From: Alphaproteobacteria bacterium
Lineage (GTDB): Bacteria > Pseudomonadota > Alphaproteobacteria > Rickettsiales > UBA8987
Direction: 5' to 3'
DNA: 64,000 nt
Assembly (NCBI GenBank): GCA_031426355.1
Contig: JANPLD010000068.1
Location: 3,056-67,055, forward strand
Both the position numbers and the translations under genes were made by a program. The notes beneath the pieces are model-generated. The model saw only the letters and a program-made list of their open reading frames with translations, searched no databases and had not been told where the DNA came from. Positions within the stretch are counted from its first letter, which is position 1. Every line of letters begins with the position of its first letter. Shown piece by piece: positions 24,433-36,266 of the stretch.

Positions 24433-25308
24433 ATGGTACCGTTTCAGGAAATAATTTTAAGGTTACAGAATTTTTGGGCAAAGCAGGGTTGCGTTATATT
24501 ACAGCCTTATGATATTGAGATGGGCGCTGGAACATTTCACCCCGCGACAACACTGCGCGCGCTTGGCTCAAAACCGTGGAAAGCGGCTTACGTTCAGCCG
24601 AGCCGCCGCCCGAAAGATGGCAGGTATGGTGAGAACCCGAACCGTTTACAGCATTATTACCAGTTTCAGGTTATACTGAAACCATCACCTGATAATATTC
24701 AGGAGCTGTATCTTGAAAGTCTGGCGGAGCTTGGAGTTAATGTTAAGGAACACGATATAAGATTTGTTGAAGATGACTGGGAAAGCCCAACACTTGGTGC
24801 ATGGGGCCTTGGATGGGAAGTCTGGTGTGACGGGATGGAAGTTACGCAGTTCACATATTTCCAGCAGGTAGGCGGATTTGATTGCAGGCCTGTTGCAGGG
24901 GAAATAACTTACGGGCTGGAACGTCTGGCAATGTACATACAAGGTAAGGAAAATGTTTACGACCTTGATTTTAACGGCGGTAAAGGCAAAGGGAAAGTTA
25001 CATATGGCGATGTGTTCCTTCAGAATGAAAGGGAATTTTCGGCATTTAACCTTGAGCATGCAGATACTGAAAAACTGCTCAGGAATTTTAACGAAACTGA
25101 AAAAGAGTGCTTTGCACTTTTAGATCAGAGATTAGTGCTGCCTGCATATGACCAATGTATAAAGGCCAGCCATTCTTTTAACCTGCTGGATGCGAGAGGG
25201 GTTATAAGCGTGAGTCAGAGGGCTTCTTATATTTCCCGGGTTCGTGATATGGCTAAGAAATGCTGCGGTGCTTATTTAGAATCACAAGGTGAGATGCCGG
25301 AAATTTAA
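24433..25308 (+). CDS. glyQ: Glycine-tRNA ligase alpha subunit
   Basis: [41 protein letters not shown]. Confidence 0.98.
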   Translation: MVPFQEIILRLQNFWAKQGCVILQPYDIEMGAGTFHPATTLRALGSKPWKAAYVQPSRRPKDGRYGENPNRLQHYYQFQVILKPSPDNIQELYLESLAELGVNVKEHDIRFVEDDWESPTLGAWGLGWEVWCDGMEVTQFTYFQQVGGFDCRPVAGEITYGLERLAMYIQGKENVYDLDFNGGKGKGKVTYGDVFLQNEREFSAFNLEHADTEKLLRNFNETEKECFALLDQRLVLPAYDQCIKASHSFNLLDARGVISVSQRASYISRVRDMAKKCCGAYLESQGEMPEI

Positions 25309-25324
25309 TTATGGAATATAAATC

Positions 25325-25759
25325 ATGAAAATCTTTGCATTATTATTTCTTTTTTTACTTTCATCATGTGGAAATTACCTGACATCTGATGAAGTAATGC
25401 AGTCTTGGGCAGGAAAAAACATTGATGAAGTAATTAAGGTATGGGGAATTCCTGATGATGAGAAACATATTGCCGGAAAGAAATATTTTTACTGGGAAAG
25501 CAGAGATACGTTAACGGAAGCAGGTTCACTGGATAATTACGGCAGTATTTATAATTATGGTGGCGCCAATTTAAATTATAACCAGACGACCTTTGTGAAC
25601 CCTTCGATTACAAGGGAAATGATCTGCAAAAAATATTTTGAGGTAGATAAGAATAATATTGTTATCTCATGGAATGTTAAAGGCAATGGCTGCTCACGTT
25701 ATGAACATATAAATCTTGTGAACCCAAATTATTTAAATGCAAAACAGCAGCCAAAATAA
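25325..25759 (+). CDS. Hypothetical lipoprotein
   Basis: Lipobox LSSC; SWAGKNIDEVIKVWGIPD pattern. Confidence 0.75.
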   Translation: MKIFALLFLFLLSSCGNYLTSDEVMQSWAGKNIDEVIKVWGIPDDEKHIAGKKYFYWESRDTLTEAGSLDNYGSIYNYGGANLNYNQTTFVNPSITREMICKKYFEVDKNNIVISWNVKGNGCSRYEHINLVNPNYLNAKQQPK

Positions 25760-27245
25760 TTATTTCCTCAAATTATTTTTGATACTTTTTTTGATCACAC
25801 TGGTCAAGATAGGCATTCTTTATATTAATAAAACTCCGCTCTGGGTTGATGAGGCGCAGTATTGGTTCTGGTCTAAATTCCCTGATACGGGATATTATTC
25901 AAAACCGCCTATGATCGCGTGGATCATAGGATTTTTTACAAAATATTTAGGTGATGAGATATTCTGGATACGCCTTCCGGCGGCGCTTTTACATATGGCA
26001 ACCGCAATATATATCTACCTGATCGGGAATAAATTATATGATGAAAAGGTCGGGTTCTATTCGGCGATATCTTATATCACGTTACCTGTAATAAGTTTTT
26101 CAAGCTTCTTTATCTCGTCTGATGTGCCGCTGATGCTTTGCTGGGCGGGCGCTTTTTATCATTTCATCACTGCGATAGAACTGAAAGATGAGAATAGGTT
26201 TTTCAGCTGGATAATATTTGCATTATGGCTGGGGCTAGGGCTAATGAGTAAATACACAACAATATTACTTGCAGGCGGTATCGGGCTTTTTGTGCTGAAT
26301 AACAGATTCGGGTTACTTTTTACTGCGAATTTCTGGTTCTCATTTATATTAGCAGGCTTAGTGTTCTTGCCAAATATATTATGGAATTCGAAGAATGAGT
26401 TTGCCAGTTTTCACCATACACAGGAGAATCTGACCAATAGTGAAACTTCAGTTAGTTTAATTGAAAAATTAAGTAACCTGCATTTCATGGGTTTGCTGGA
26501 ATTCATAGGCGGACAGATACTTATATTAGGGCCAATATTATTCCTGTTTACTTTATTTGCTATTTTCAAAAAAGTTAAAAGTGAAACTTTGCTGATCGCA
26601 GAAGAAAGAACGACCAAAGCAATGTTACTCTATATTTCATTGCCGGTTATAATTGCGGGCATAATATTATCCATAATTTCAGAATCACAAGTTCACTGGA
26701 CTGGCCCTGCATATATTTCCCTTATAATTCTGACCTGCTGGTATTTACTTAAAAAAGACGGAGAATTCTGGATAAAATTATCAATATATCTCGGGATAAT
26801 ATTCTCATTGGTCTTATCTTTTGGTATCGTTACCAGTGATAAAGATTTTGTCAGGCAGATAACCAAGAATAGCCCATTTGACAGGTTATATACATGGTAT
26901 AATCTTGCTGAACCTGTAAGGAAACAGGCTAATTTTTATAATGATGCGCTGATAGCAAGTGATGAGAGAAAAATAATTGCTCCGTTAACCTACGCGCTGA
27001 GAAGTGGCAGCAAACCAAAGATAGTTTACAAATGGACGGGGAATGAAAAGATCCGGGATCATTTTGATCTTAAATACAAGTTATCGAAAGATTACCAAGG
27101 CAATGTAATATTCATAACAAGAAGTGTTGACCAAGTACATTTAAGGAAATTTTTCTACAAGGTAACAACCCTTGATGTTAAGGATAAATTTAAAATATAC
27201 CTGCTGAACGGGCAGAAAAATATTACTTCAGATAATCCCTTATAA
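25737..27245 (+). CDS. ArnT/PMT-like GT-C membrane glycosyltransferase
   Basis: DEAQYW, GYYSKPP, SKY motifs; many TM segments. Confidence 0.9.
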   Translation: MQNSSQNNYFLKLFLILFLITLVKIGILYINKTPLWVDEAQYWFWSKFPDTGYYSKPPMIAWIIGFFTKYLGDEIFWIRLPAALLHMATAIYIYLIGNKLYDEKVGFYSAISYITLPVISFSSFFISSDVPLMLCWAGAFYHFITAIELKDENRFFSWIIFALWLGLGLMSKYTTILLAGGIGLFVLNNRFGLLFTANFWFSFILAGLVFLPNILWNSKNEFASFHHTQENLTNSETSVSLIEKLSNLHFMGLLEFIGGQILILGPILFLFTLFAIFKKVKSETLLIAEERTTKAMLLYISLPVIIAGIILSIISESQVHWTGPAYISLIILTCWYLLKKDGEFWIKLSIYLGIIFSLVLSFGIVTSDKDFVRQITKNSPFDRLYTWYNLAEPVRKQANFYNDALIASDERKIIAPLTYALRSGSKPKIVYKWTGNEKIRDHFDLKYKLSKDYQGNVIFITRSVDQVHLRKFFYKVTTLDVKDKFKIYLLNGQKNITSDNPL

Positions 27246-28257
27246 GAACTTCAGCAATCTGAACTGAGTTAAGAGCTGCGCCTTTCCTGATGTTATCAGA
27301 AACCACCCAGATATTAAGGGCATTAGGATTGGTAACATCTTTCCTGATACGCGAAACAAAAGTCGCGTCATGTCCAGCTGCTTCATATGGGGTTGCATAA
27401 CCACCATTCGCATGTTCATCTATAACTTTTACGCCCGGCGCTTTTTCAAGTGCTTTGCGAGCCTGTTCTACTGAAACAGGTTTTTCAAATTCAATATTTA
27501 CAGCTTCGCTGTGGCCTATGAATACAGGAACGCGTACGCAAGTCGCATTTACCTGAATGTTCTGGTCGCCCATGATCTTTTTGGTCTCAACGGCCATTTT
27601 CCATTCTTCTTTAGTGTAGCCTTCAAACTCACCTTCCATGAATTTATCAATATGAGGGATCACGTTGAACGCTATACGCTTAGTGAATATCTCAGGATCT
27701 TTGATATTGCTGACGTATACACCTTTGGTCTGGTTGTACAGCTCATCCATCGCTTCTTTACCCGCGCCTGAAACAGACTGGTAAGTCGCAACATTTATCC
27801 TTTTTATCTTTGCGATATCGTAAAGGGGTTTCAGCGCAACTACCATCTGTATGGTAGAACAGTTAGGGTTCGCGATTATACCGGTTTTTTTATAGTCTCC
27901 GATTGCTTTCGGGTTAACCTCCGGAACAACAAGCGGGATATCATCATCAGTCCTAAACTGGGAAGTGTTATCTATCACGACGCAGCCGGCTTTTGCAGCG
28001 CGAGGAGCGTGGATCTTCGAAACAGAAGCACCGGGAGAAAACAAGCCGATCTGAACTTGGCTGAAATCAAAATATTCTAGGTTCTCAACTTTTAAAGTAT
28101 CATTTTCGCCGAAGGAAACTTCCCTTCCCGCAGAACGCGAAGAAGCAACCGCGAAAACTTTATCAACGGGGAATTTTCTTTCTGCAAGAACGTCAAGAAT
28201 TTCACGACCAACATTTCCTGTTGCACCTACAACTGCGACATTATATTTTCTGGACAT
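27223..28257 (-). CDS. asd: Aspartate-semialdehyde dehydrogenase
   Basis: GATGNVG, ANPNCST, QSVSGAG, DNIRKGAA. Confidence 0.98.
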   Translation of the reverse strand: MSRKYNVAVVGATGNVGREILDVLAERKFPVDKVFAVASSRSAGREVSFGENDTLKVENLEYFDFSQVQIGLFSPGASVSKIHAPRAAKAGCVVIDNTSQFRTDDDIPLVVPEVNPKAIGDYKKTGIIANPNCSTIQMVVALKPLYDIAKIKRINVATYQSVSGAGKEAMDELYNQTKGVYVSNIKDPEIFTKRIAFNVIPHIDKFMEGEFEGYTKEEWKMAVETKKIMGDQNIQVNATCVRVPVFIGHSEAVNIEFEKPVSVEQARKALEKAPGVKVIDEHANGGYATPYEAAGHDATFVSRIRKDVTNPNALNIWVVSDNIRKGAALNSVQIAEVLIRDYLK

Positions 28258-28333
28258 ATGATACTGTTAGTTTAATTTGCGCTGTATATACAGCGAAATT
28301 CAGGAAACTCAACGATTTTTAGATATAAATAGC

Positions 28334-28627
28334 ATGGAAGCATTTGAACATTTCGGCAAGAACTGGAGTTTTATCCTTTCCGTGATCGTATCCATAGTGC
28401 CGGTATTATCTCTTATAGGGCATATTTTTACATCTGACGGCAGAAGAAGCTTCAAGGAAACCCCGACAGTCATACTCTATTTTATCATAATGGGCGCGTA
28501 TGCCTATTGCTACTGGTTTGACAGGGAAATCATCAGAACATTCCTTGGTTTAAGTTCCATCTGGCAATTTGCAGTATATGTTGTGCTCTGCCTCGGCATT
28601 ATTATTGAGAAGAAAATACCTCAATAA
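28334..28627 (+). CDS. Small hypothetical membrane protein
   Basis: About three TM segments; ATG at 28334 preferred over TTG at 28277. Confidence 0.55.
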   Translation: MEAFEHFGKNWSFILSVIVSIVPVLSLIGHIFTSDGRRSFKETPTVILYFIIMGAYAYCYWFDREIIRTFLGLSSIWQFAVYVVLCLGIIIEKKIPQ

Positions 28628-28740
28628 ATTCCGCAATAATTTAACTTATTGAACTTAAAACTAAAAGTTTTAAGCAATTCTTTTTGCTCGGTTTTGGAGT
28701 TTCACCGCTAAACTTCTGATAAATATGTGGTTAAAACGAC

Positions 28741-28797
28741 ATACTACATATAGTGTCACTACTTCACAACAAAGAATATAAATACCATATCTAGGGG
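28741..28797 (+). promoter_or_regulatory. Tandem NrdR boxes
   Basis: ATACTACATATAGTGT (28741-28756) and ATACCATATCTAGGGG (28782-28797) match acaCwAtATaTwGtgt. They are 41 bp apart and upstream of nrdA. Confidence 0.85.
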
Positions 28798-28912
28798 TAG
28801 AAATATTACTTTGCTTGTTGACTCATGCCTAACAAATATCTAATACTACTCTCCACCCGCTAGCGAAACTAGATTAAGTTTAAGCTAAATAACAGTGAAC
28901 AGGAGAAGTGCT

Positions 28913-30745
28913 ATGGTACATATAGAAATGAATGAATCCCGCTCCGACAAATTGACAGATTTCGGTAAAGCAGTTCTTCAGGATAGGTATTTATTACCGG
29001 GTGAAGATTATCAGGTTCTTTTTGCCAGAGTTGCAGAAAAATACGGTGATGATGCTGCTCATTCTCAGCGTTTATATGATTATATGAGCAGCTTATGGTT
29101 CATGCCGGCGACCCCTATACTTAGCAATGGCGGTACTGAGCGCGGTTTACCTATATCATGTTTCCTTAATGAAACACCTGACTCACTGCAAGGTATCGTT
29201 GACCTCTGGACTGAGAATGTATGGCTTGCCGCACGCGGCGGCGGGATCGGCAGCTACTGGGGTAATTTACGCTCTATTGGTGAAACTGTACGCGGAAATG
29301 GCAAAACTTCCGGCGTTATCCCGTTTTTAAGGGTTCAGGATTCACTTACGCTTGCTATATCACAAGGCTCATTGAGACGTGGTAGTTCAGCAGTTTACCT
29401 GCCAATTGACCACCCTGAGATAGAAGAATTTATTGACCTTAGAAGAACTACTGGTGGCGACCCTAACAGGAAGGCTACTAATATACACCACGGTATTTCT
29501 ATACCTGATGCATTCATGAACGCAGTTGCAAATGACGAGCCTTGGGAACTTAAAAGCCCTAAAGACCGCAGGGTGATAAGCGTTGTTAATGCGCGTGAGC
29601 TCTGGATCAAATTACTTATCGCAAGAATTGAGACTGGTGAGCCATACCTGCTCTTTATAGATAATGTGAATAAAGCTATCCCGGAACATCACAAAAAACT
29701 GGGATTGAAAGTCAAAATGTCGAACCTTTGCAGCGAGATAACACTTGCTACGGGAACTGATCATTTAGGAAAAGATAGGACGGCGGTATGCTGCCTCTCT
29801 TCCATCAACCTTGAATATTATGATGAATGGAAAGATAATCCTATCTTCGTAAAAGATCTGATGCGTTACCTTGATAACGTGCTTCAGGATTTCATTGATA
29901 ACGCGCCGGATGCTATGGAACGTGCACGTTATTCTGCCTTTCGCGAAAGAAGTGTTGGGCTTGGCGTTATGGGCTTCCACTCATTCCTGCAAAGCAAAAA
30001 GATACCTATTGAATCAGTAATGGCGAAAGTTTGGAACAAAAAAATGTTCGAACATATTAAGCGCGAGGCTGATGAGGCTTCGGTTGAGCTTGCTGAGGAA
30101 CGCGGCGCTTGCCCGGACGCGGTTGATGCAGGAGTTATGGAAAGGTTCACCAATAAAATGGCGATTGCACCTACTGCTTCTATTTCAATTATATGTGGAA
30201 ATTCATCTCCGGGGATCGAGCCATATGCAGCAAATAGTTTTACGCAAAAAACTTTAACCGGTTCATTTACTGTTCGTAACAAGCACGTAAAAGCCCTTCT
30301 TGCGGAAAAAGGATATGATAATGATGAAATCTGGTCTTCAATCTCAATGAATGAAGGTTCAGTGCAGCATCTTGATTTCCTGACTGAAGATGAGAAAGCG
30401 GTTTTCAAAACAGCACAGGAGATTGACCAGAGATGGCTTGTTGAACATGCTGCTGACAGAACTAATTTCATCTGTCAGGCGCAATCAATTAACCTGTTCT
30501 TCCCAGGTGATGTGCATAAAAAATACCTGCATGAAGTTCACTGGGCTGCATGGAAAAAAGGCGTAAAAAGCTTATATTACTGCCGCTCTACTTCTATCCA
30601 ACGCGCTGAGAAAACTCAGGAATTCACTGCTTCGCAGCTTGAAATGAAACTTCAGCCTGCTACTTCCGGTGAGGCTCCGAAAAGGAAAACCACTGCTGAA
30701 ATAGCACCGAAACCTAATTATGATGAATGTCTGGCTTGCCAGTAA
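28913..30745 (+). CDS. nrdA: Ribonucleoside-diphosphate reductase alpha subunit (class I, no ATP cone)
   Basis: PATP, SCF, SNLCSEI, APTAS, KSLYYCR, C-terminal CLACQ. AGGAGA RBS precedes ATG 28913. Confidence 0.96.
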   Translation: MVHIEMNESRSDKLTDFGKAVLQDRYLLPGEDYQVLFARVAEKYGDDAAHSQRLYDYMSSLWFMPATPILSNGGTERGLPISCFLNETPDSLQGIVDLWTENVWLAARGGGIGSYWGNLRSIGETVRGNGKTSGVIPFLRVQDSLTLAISQGSLRRGSSAVYLPIDHPEIEEFIDLRRTTGGDPNRKATNIHHGISIPDAFMNAVANDEPWELKSPKDRRVISVVNARELWIKLLIARIETGEPYLLFIDNVNKAIPEHHKKLGLKVKMSNLCSEITLATGTDHLGKDRTAVCCLSSINLEYYDEWKDNPIFVKDLMRYLDNVLQDFIDNAPDAMERARYSAFRERSVGLGVMGFHSFLQSKKIPIESVMAKVWNKKMFEHIKREADEASVELAEERGACPDAVDAGVMERFTNKMAIAPTASISIICGNSSPGIEPYAANSFTQKTLTGSFTVRNKHVKALLAEKGYDNDEIWSSISMNEGSVQHLDFLTEDEKAVFKTAQEIDQRWLVEHAADRTNFICQAQSINLFFPGDVHKKYLHEVHWAAWKKGVKSLYYCRSTSIQRAEKTQEFTASQLEMKLQPATSGEAPKRKTTAEIAPKPNYDECLACQ

Positions 30746-30774
30746 GATTTGGTTAAGTTCTGTAATATCTATTT

Positions 30775-30805
30775 AAATCCCCGCTTTCGCGGGGATTTTT
30801 GTTTT
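30775..30805 (+). terminator. Intrinsic terminator after nrdA
   Basis: AAATCCCCGC-TTTC-GCGGGGATTT followed by T-rich tail. Confidence 0.9.
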
Positions 30806-30809
30806 CAGG

Positions 30810-30849
30810 TTAAAGTTTTGTTAGATTTTTTAACCCTTTGTAATATATT
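30810..30849 (+). promoter_or_regulatory. Degenerate CtrA-type box upstream of orphan 30877
   Basis: TTAA-AGTTTTG-TTAG at 30810-30824, TTAACC half-site at 30830, TATATT at 30844. Confidence 0.35.
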
Positions 30850-30876
30850 ATTTGTAAACAATTTTATGAAAGCAGA

Positions 30877-32157
30877 ATGGAATTAAAAGAAATATTAAGA
30901 AATATGATGGAAGCTGCACTTAAACAAGTGCAGAATAGCAAAGATTTAGAAGTTAGTTTATTACAAAGTATCATTGAAACTTATGAAAAGAATAAAAATA
31001 ACAAAGAACTAACAGGTTTTTTGGATGAGTTTTATAATTATAAAAATAAATCATATAAAAAAGGATATGATTCTAACAATATCCCGGAAAAGATCTTTAC
31101 TAAAATTGATGAAGAATTAGCAAAGGAAAAGGGGGAAATAGCAAGGCAAGAGGAACAACAAAGGAAACAAAATATAAAACAAACTATAATTGAAAAGCTT
31201 GGCTATGAATTTGATGAAAATGAAAAGCTTGAACCAAAAAATAGTTTAGCTCTTCTTTATTATCAAATTGGCAAAGTTTTAGATGATCCTAATAATTTTG
31301 ATAAGCAGAAAAATTCTTATACCAATAAGGCTACAGAACAAGTAAAAAGTTTATTATTGCTTGATCCCAAAGTAGATAGGTTTGGTCTATCTTATTTCGC
31401 TTCAGATGAAACTAAACAACTGATCAATATCATATCAGAGAACCTAAAAGATGGTTTTTTTGACCTTAACGGTGTAAATAATGCCCTTGATACCAGTATA
31501 GTTACTTTGAACACAACAGAGCTTCCCATAAATGCTATTTTATATGTTTTAAATCTTCAAAGAGAAGAGTCCATAAAGAAAAAAATAAAAGAAAAGGATG
31601 AATCCATTGGTCAGAAAGATATATGGGATCTCATTCTTATGACAAAAGGGTCAGGAATAAATAAAACTTGCAACAATGCTGAGCTGGCCACCTATCTTGA
31701 TGAGATATCTAAAAAAACTGAAAGCAAAGCATTAGAGAAATATTTAGAAAATCTAATAGATGCGCTCAATAAAAATGAAATCACTTTTGAGCAAGCAATA
31801 GATTATCTTAGTAATAATCATAAATATAACCCATTTTCTTCAACTAAAGAAAGTAACAAGGATTTTGAGCGACTGGAAGCTGACCTTTTAGATTATTATG
31901 TGATAACCACTGCAACTATTACAAAAGACCCAAAATTTTTCTCTAAAAAAGAAGAGAAATTTGTATTGGAATTGGAAAAAAACTTACGTACTACAGGAGA
32001 AGAATTATCAAATAACGAAAGGAAAAGCTTAGTAAATGTTATAACCCAGTTGATGAGACATGACATTGATACCCCTACAGAAGCAAAAGATATAATTAAA
32101 AACGCGGGATTAGATTTAGATAATATAGATAAAATAGCGAAGGTTTTTAAAAGATAA
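30877..32157 (+). CDS. Orphan helical, charge-rich protein; candidate effector
   Basis: 426-aa very AT-rich ORF, K/E/N-rich, no signal peptide or TM; its stop abuts the pyrG stop. Confidence 0.75.
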   Translation: MELKEILRNMMEAALKQVQNSKDLEVSLLQSIIETYEKNKNNKELTGFLDEFYNYKNKSYKKGYDSNNIPEKIFTKIDEELAKEKGEIARQEEQQRKQNIKQTIIEKLGYEFDENEKLEPKNSLALLYYQIGKVLDDPNNFDKQKNSYTNKATEQVKSLLLLDPKVDRFGLSYFASDETKQLINIISENLKDGFFDLNGVNNALDTSIVTLNTTELPINAILYVLNLQREESIKKKIKEKDESIGQKDIWDLILMTKGSGINKTCNNAELATYLDEISKKTESKALEKYLENLIDALNKNEITFEQAIDYLSNNHKYNPFSSTKESNKDFERLEADLLDYYVITTATITKDPKFFSKKEEKFVLELEKNLRTTGEELSNNERKSLVNVITQLMRHDIDTPTEAKDIIKNAGLDLDNIDKIAKVFKR

Positions 32158-33786
<1,629 letters not shown>

Positions 33787-33855
33787 CTAGGGGTTAGGGG
33801 TTAGGGGTTAGGGGTTGGACTAAAATAAGCCCTAACCCCCAAGCCCTAATACCTA
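33787..33855. repeat. Heptamer 4+4 inverted repeat hairpin (unit GGGGTTA) with G-quadruplex motif
   Basis: (GGGGTTA)3GGGG at 33790-33814; inverted arm agcccta-accccca-agcccta-ataccta at 33828-33855. Confidence 0.9.
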
Positions 33856-34452
33856 TCTTACTGCAATCTTTTTCTTTATCTTATGCAGCCTCAGCATATT
33901 CTCATCGTATATGCCGCCGAAATCTATACGCCCAATATCTGCAAGGCGGATAATTATATTCCTGTCATCCATGGAATGCTTATCACCCATTAGGCGGAGA
34001 AGCATGAATTCCTCATCAATATCCTTTACCTGACCAAAATAAAAATCCTCGGTGCTGTCAGCATCATAAACCGAGATATGGCCGTAAAGAGAATTGATAG
34101 TACGAATAACCTTGAAAAAATGATTGTGAATACTGATATTGGCGATTTTATCAAGGATGTTTTTCCTTGGACCTTTTTCTTCGAGCAATATTTCAAGCTG
34201 CTCAAGCAGTTCGCCTTCCCATGAAAGGGTTGAGATGTTATCAGTGAAGAGAAGTGAAAACCCGTCAAATTCGCCGCTATCGGGCAATATTTTATGGGCA
34301 AGGGTCATCAGTTCATTACTGTCTATTACCTTACAGAAGAAATTATCGTCGGGATGTTCAACTTCTATCTCGCAAAGTTTTTTAGATTTGCTGATATCCT
34401 TTAATGAACGCTGCAATAAAGAGATTTGCGCTATGGGTTCCGGTTGTTTCAT
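33853..34452 (-). CDS. Hypothetical protein with two internally similar beta-rich halves
   Basis: FFCKVIDSNE..DGFSLLFTDNISTLSW resembles YFGQVKDIDE..DDRNIIIRLADIGRIDF. Confidence 0.7.
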   Translation of the reverse strand: MKQPEPIAQISLLQRSLKDISKSKKLCEIEVEHPDDNFFCKVIDSNELMTLAHKILPDSGEFDGFSLLFTDNISTLSWEGELLEQLEILLEEKGPRKNILDKIANISIHNHFFKVIRTINSLYGHISVYDADSTEDFYFGQVKDIDEEFMLLRLMGDKHSMDDRNIIIRLADIGRIDFGGIYDENMLRLHKIKKKIAVR

Positions 34453-34507
34453 AACGGTAATATTGGTTTAGGTAGTTATATAAAGGATTTTTTTGAAAAT
34501 ACATTAT

Positions 34508-35242
34508 TTAATAGCTACCACCTGCCCCGCCGCCGCTAAAGCTGCCTCCGCCGAAACTACTACCACCTCTGCCGCCGCCAAAACTTCTGCCACTGCCCAT
34601 AGCGCCTAAAGCTGAACCGAGCAGCATTGAGCGCGGAGAAATAAAGAAAAATATCAGCCAGATTATTAGAAAAATTATAGGGATCATGGAGCCTTTGCTT
34701 TGCTCTTCTTGGCTTTCCAAATTATTATCCATTTTAAGTTCCGGTGAGAGCAGGTTCATGATCTGGTTAGTGCCTGCATCTAGACCGCCATAGAAATTAC
34801 CTTGTTTGAACTGAGGGAGGATCAACTGCTCAATTATTCTTTTAGAGAGAGCATCTGTAAGTTCCCCTTCAACACCGTAACCTGTTGCGATAAAAACTTT
34901 CCTATCATCAGTTGCCCAGGTTATCAGTACCCCGTTATTTTTACCTTTCTGGCCAATACCCCAGGTGCGGCCGAGTTCAAATGAATAATCTGCTATTTCA
35001 TAATCTCCGGTGGATTTTACAATTACTACAACGATTTGATTGGTTGTCTGAGCGCTGTAGTTTTCAAGTTTCTGATTTAGTTGAGATGTCTGTTCAGATG
35101 TTAAAGCTTTACCCGTAAAATCATTTACGAATTTGGCAGGAGTTGGTTTTGCAGGTAGGGTTATTTCAGCTGATGCAGGGCTGTTAACGTTAACAATTAA
35201 CGTTATGAAAATCAGCGTAATAAATTTCTTAAAAATTTTCAT
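34508..35242 (-). CDS. TPM-domain (YgcG-like) protein
   Basis: VNDF, WGIGQKGKNNGVLI, GYGVEG, TM segment, Gly-rich tail GGGSFSGGGAGGSY. Confidence 0.92.
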   Translation of the reverse strand: MKIFKKFITLIFITLIVNVNSPASAEITLPAKPTPAKFVNDFTGKALTSEQTSQLNQKLENYSAQTTNQIVVVIVKSTGDYEIADYSFELGRTWGIGQKGKNNGVLITWATDDRKVFIATGYGVEGELTDALSKRIIEQLILPQFKQGNFYGGLDAGTNQIMNLLSPELKMDNNLESQEEQSKGSMIPIIFLIIWLIFFFISPRSMLLGSALGAMGSGRSFGGGRGGSSFGGGSFSGGGAGGSY

Positions 35243-35250
35243 TTAATATT

Positions 35251-35670
35251 TTAATGGGAAATAAAATCAGATATCTCGTTTTTGTCACCTGTTTCAAATG
35301 GGAAATGTTCTTTTAATTTCTCACCGACCTTCTGGACTGCCTGCAGAAAACCTTCAGTATATTTACCTTCTGAGAAATTATCTTTCAGAATTTTAAGAAC
35401 ATCATTCCAGTAATGATCGTCTACCAGATCATTAATGCCTTTATCACCGAGAATTGCTATCTGCCTGTCATTATATGATAGATATATCAGAACCGCATTT
35501 CTGTTTTTAGTATTATAGAGTTTTAATTTATCAAACAGTTTCCTTGCCCTTTCGTAAGGCCCGGTTTCTTTACAGGTTTTTTCTATATGTATCTTAATTT
35601 CACTGGAAGTATGGCTTTCAGCGGACTCAATTGCAGAGATAATTGCCTTTTTATCTATAGAGAATTTCAT
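35251..35670 (-). CDS. TPM-domain protein
   Basis: AESHTSSEI, RNAVLIY, GDKGIN, DKNEISD; typical LemA cluster partner. Confidence 0.9.
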   Translation of the reverse strand: MKFSIDKKAIISAIESAESHTSSEIKIHIEKTCKETGPYERARKLFDKLKLYNTKNRNAVLIYLSYNDRQIAILGDKGINDLVDDHYWNDVLKILKDNFSEGKYTEGFLQAVQKVGEKLKEHFPFETGDKNEISDFISH

Positions 35671-36251
35671 TAAAATTCTACTTTAGGTGCTACCTCTGAA
35701 CCTTTTGCAGCCTCAAAATATGGTTTCGGCATGAAACCCATCAGGCGCGCGATCAAAGCTCCTGGAACGCGGCGAGTAGCCTGATTATAATCTTTCACGC
35801 TGGCATTAAAATCATTGCGGGCAACAGCTATGCGGTTCTCAGTGCCTTCCAACTGCGATTGTAATTCCAAGAAATTCTGGTTGGCTTTAAGATCAGGATA
35901 TTTTTCAACTGAAACAAGTAACCTGCCTAAAGCAGAAGTTACGCCGTTCTGAGCCTGCTGAAACTTTTCAAAATTTTCAGGGGTAAGTGAACTCGCATCA
36001 ACCTGAATTGAAGTAGCTTTGGCACGAGCTTCAATTACCTGAGTAAGGGTAGATTTTTCAAAATCAGCAACACCTTTTACGGTACTAACGAGATTCGGGA
36101 TAAGATCTAAACGGCGCTGGTATTGTGATTGAACTGATGCCCATTTTGTTTTTACTTCTTCATCCTTACCAACAAAACCATTATAGCTGCTTACGCTGAC
36201 TGCAATTAACGCAAATATTATACCAACTATTATTATAAATTTTTTACTCAT
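35670..36251 (-). CDS. lemA: LemA family protein
   Basis: QRRLDLIPNLV, EKYPDLKANQNF, LEGTENRI. Confidence 0.95.
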   Translation of the reverse strand: MSKKFIIIVGIIFALIAVSVSSYNGFVGKDEEVKTKWASVQSQYQRRLDLIPNLVSTVKGVADFEKSTLTQVIEARAKATSIQVDASSLTPENFEKFQQAQNGVTSALGRLLVSVEKYPDLKANQNFLELQSQLEGTENRIAVARNDFNASVKDYNQATRRVPGALIARLMGFMPKPYFEAAKGSEVAPKVEF

Positions 36252-36266
36252 TTGATCCCTTAAATT

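Noticed and set aside
33790-33814. TTAGGGG run as eukaryotic telomere contamination
   Set aside because: It has fewer than four full units, an inverted partner arm, and seamless bacterial genes on both sides.
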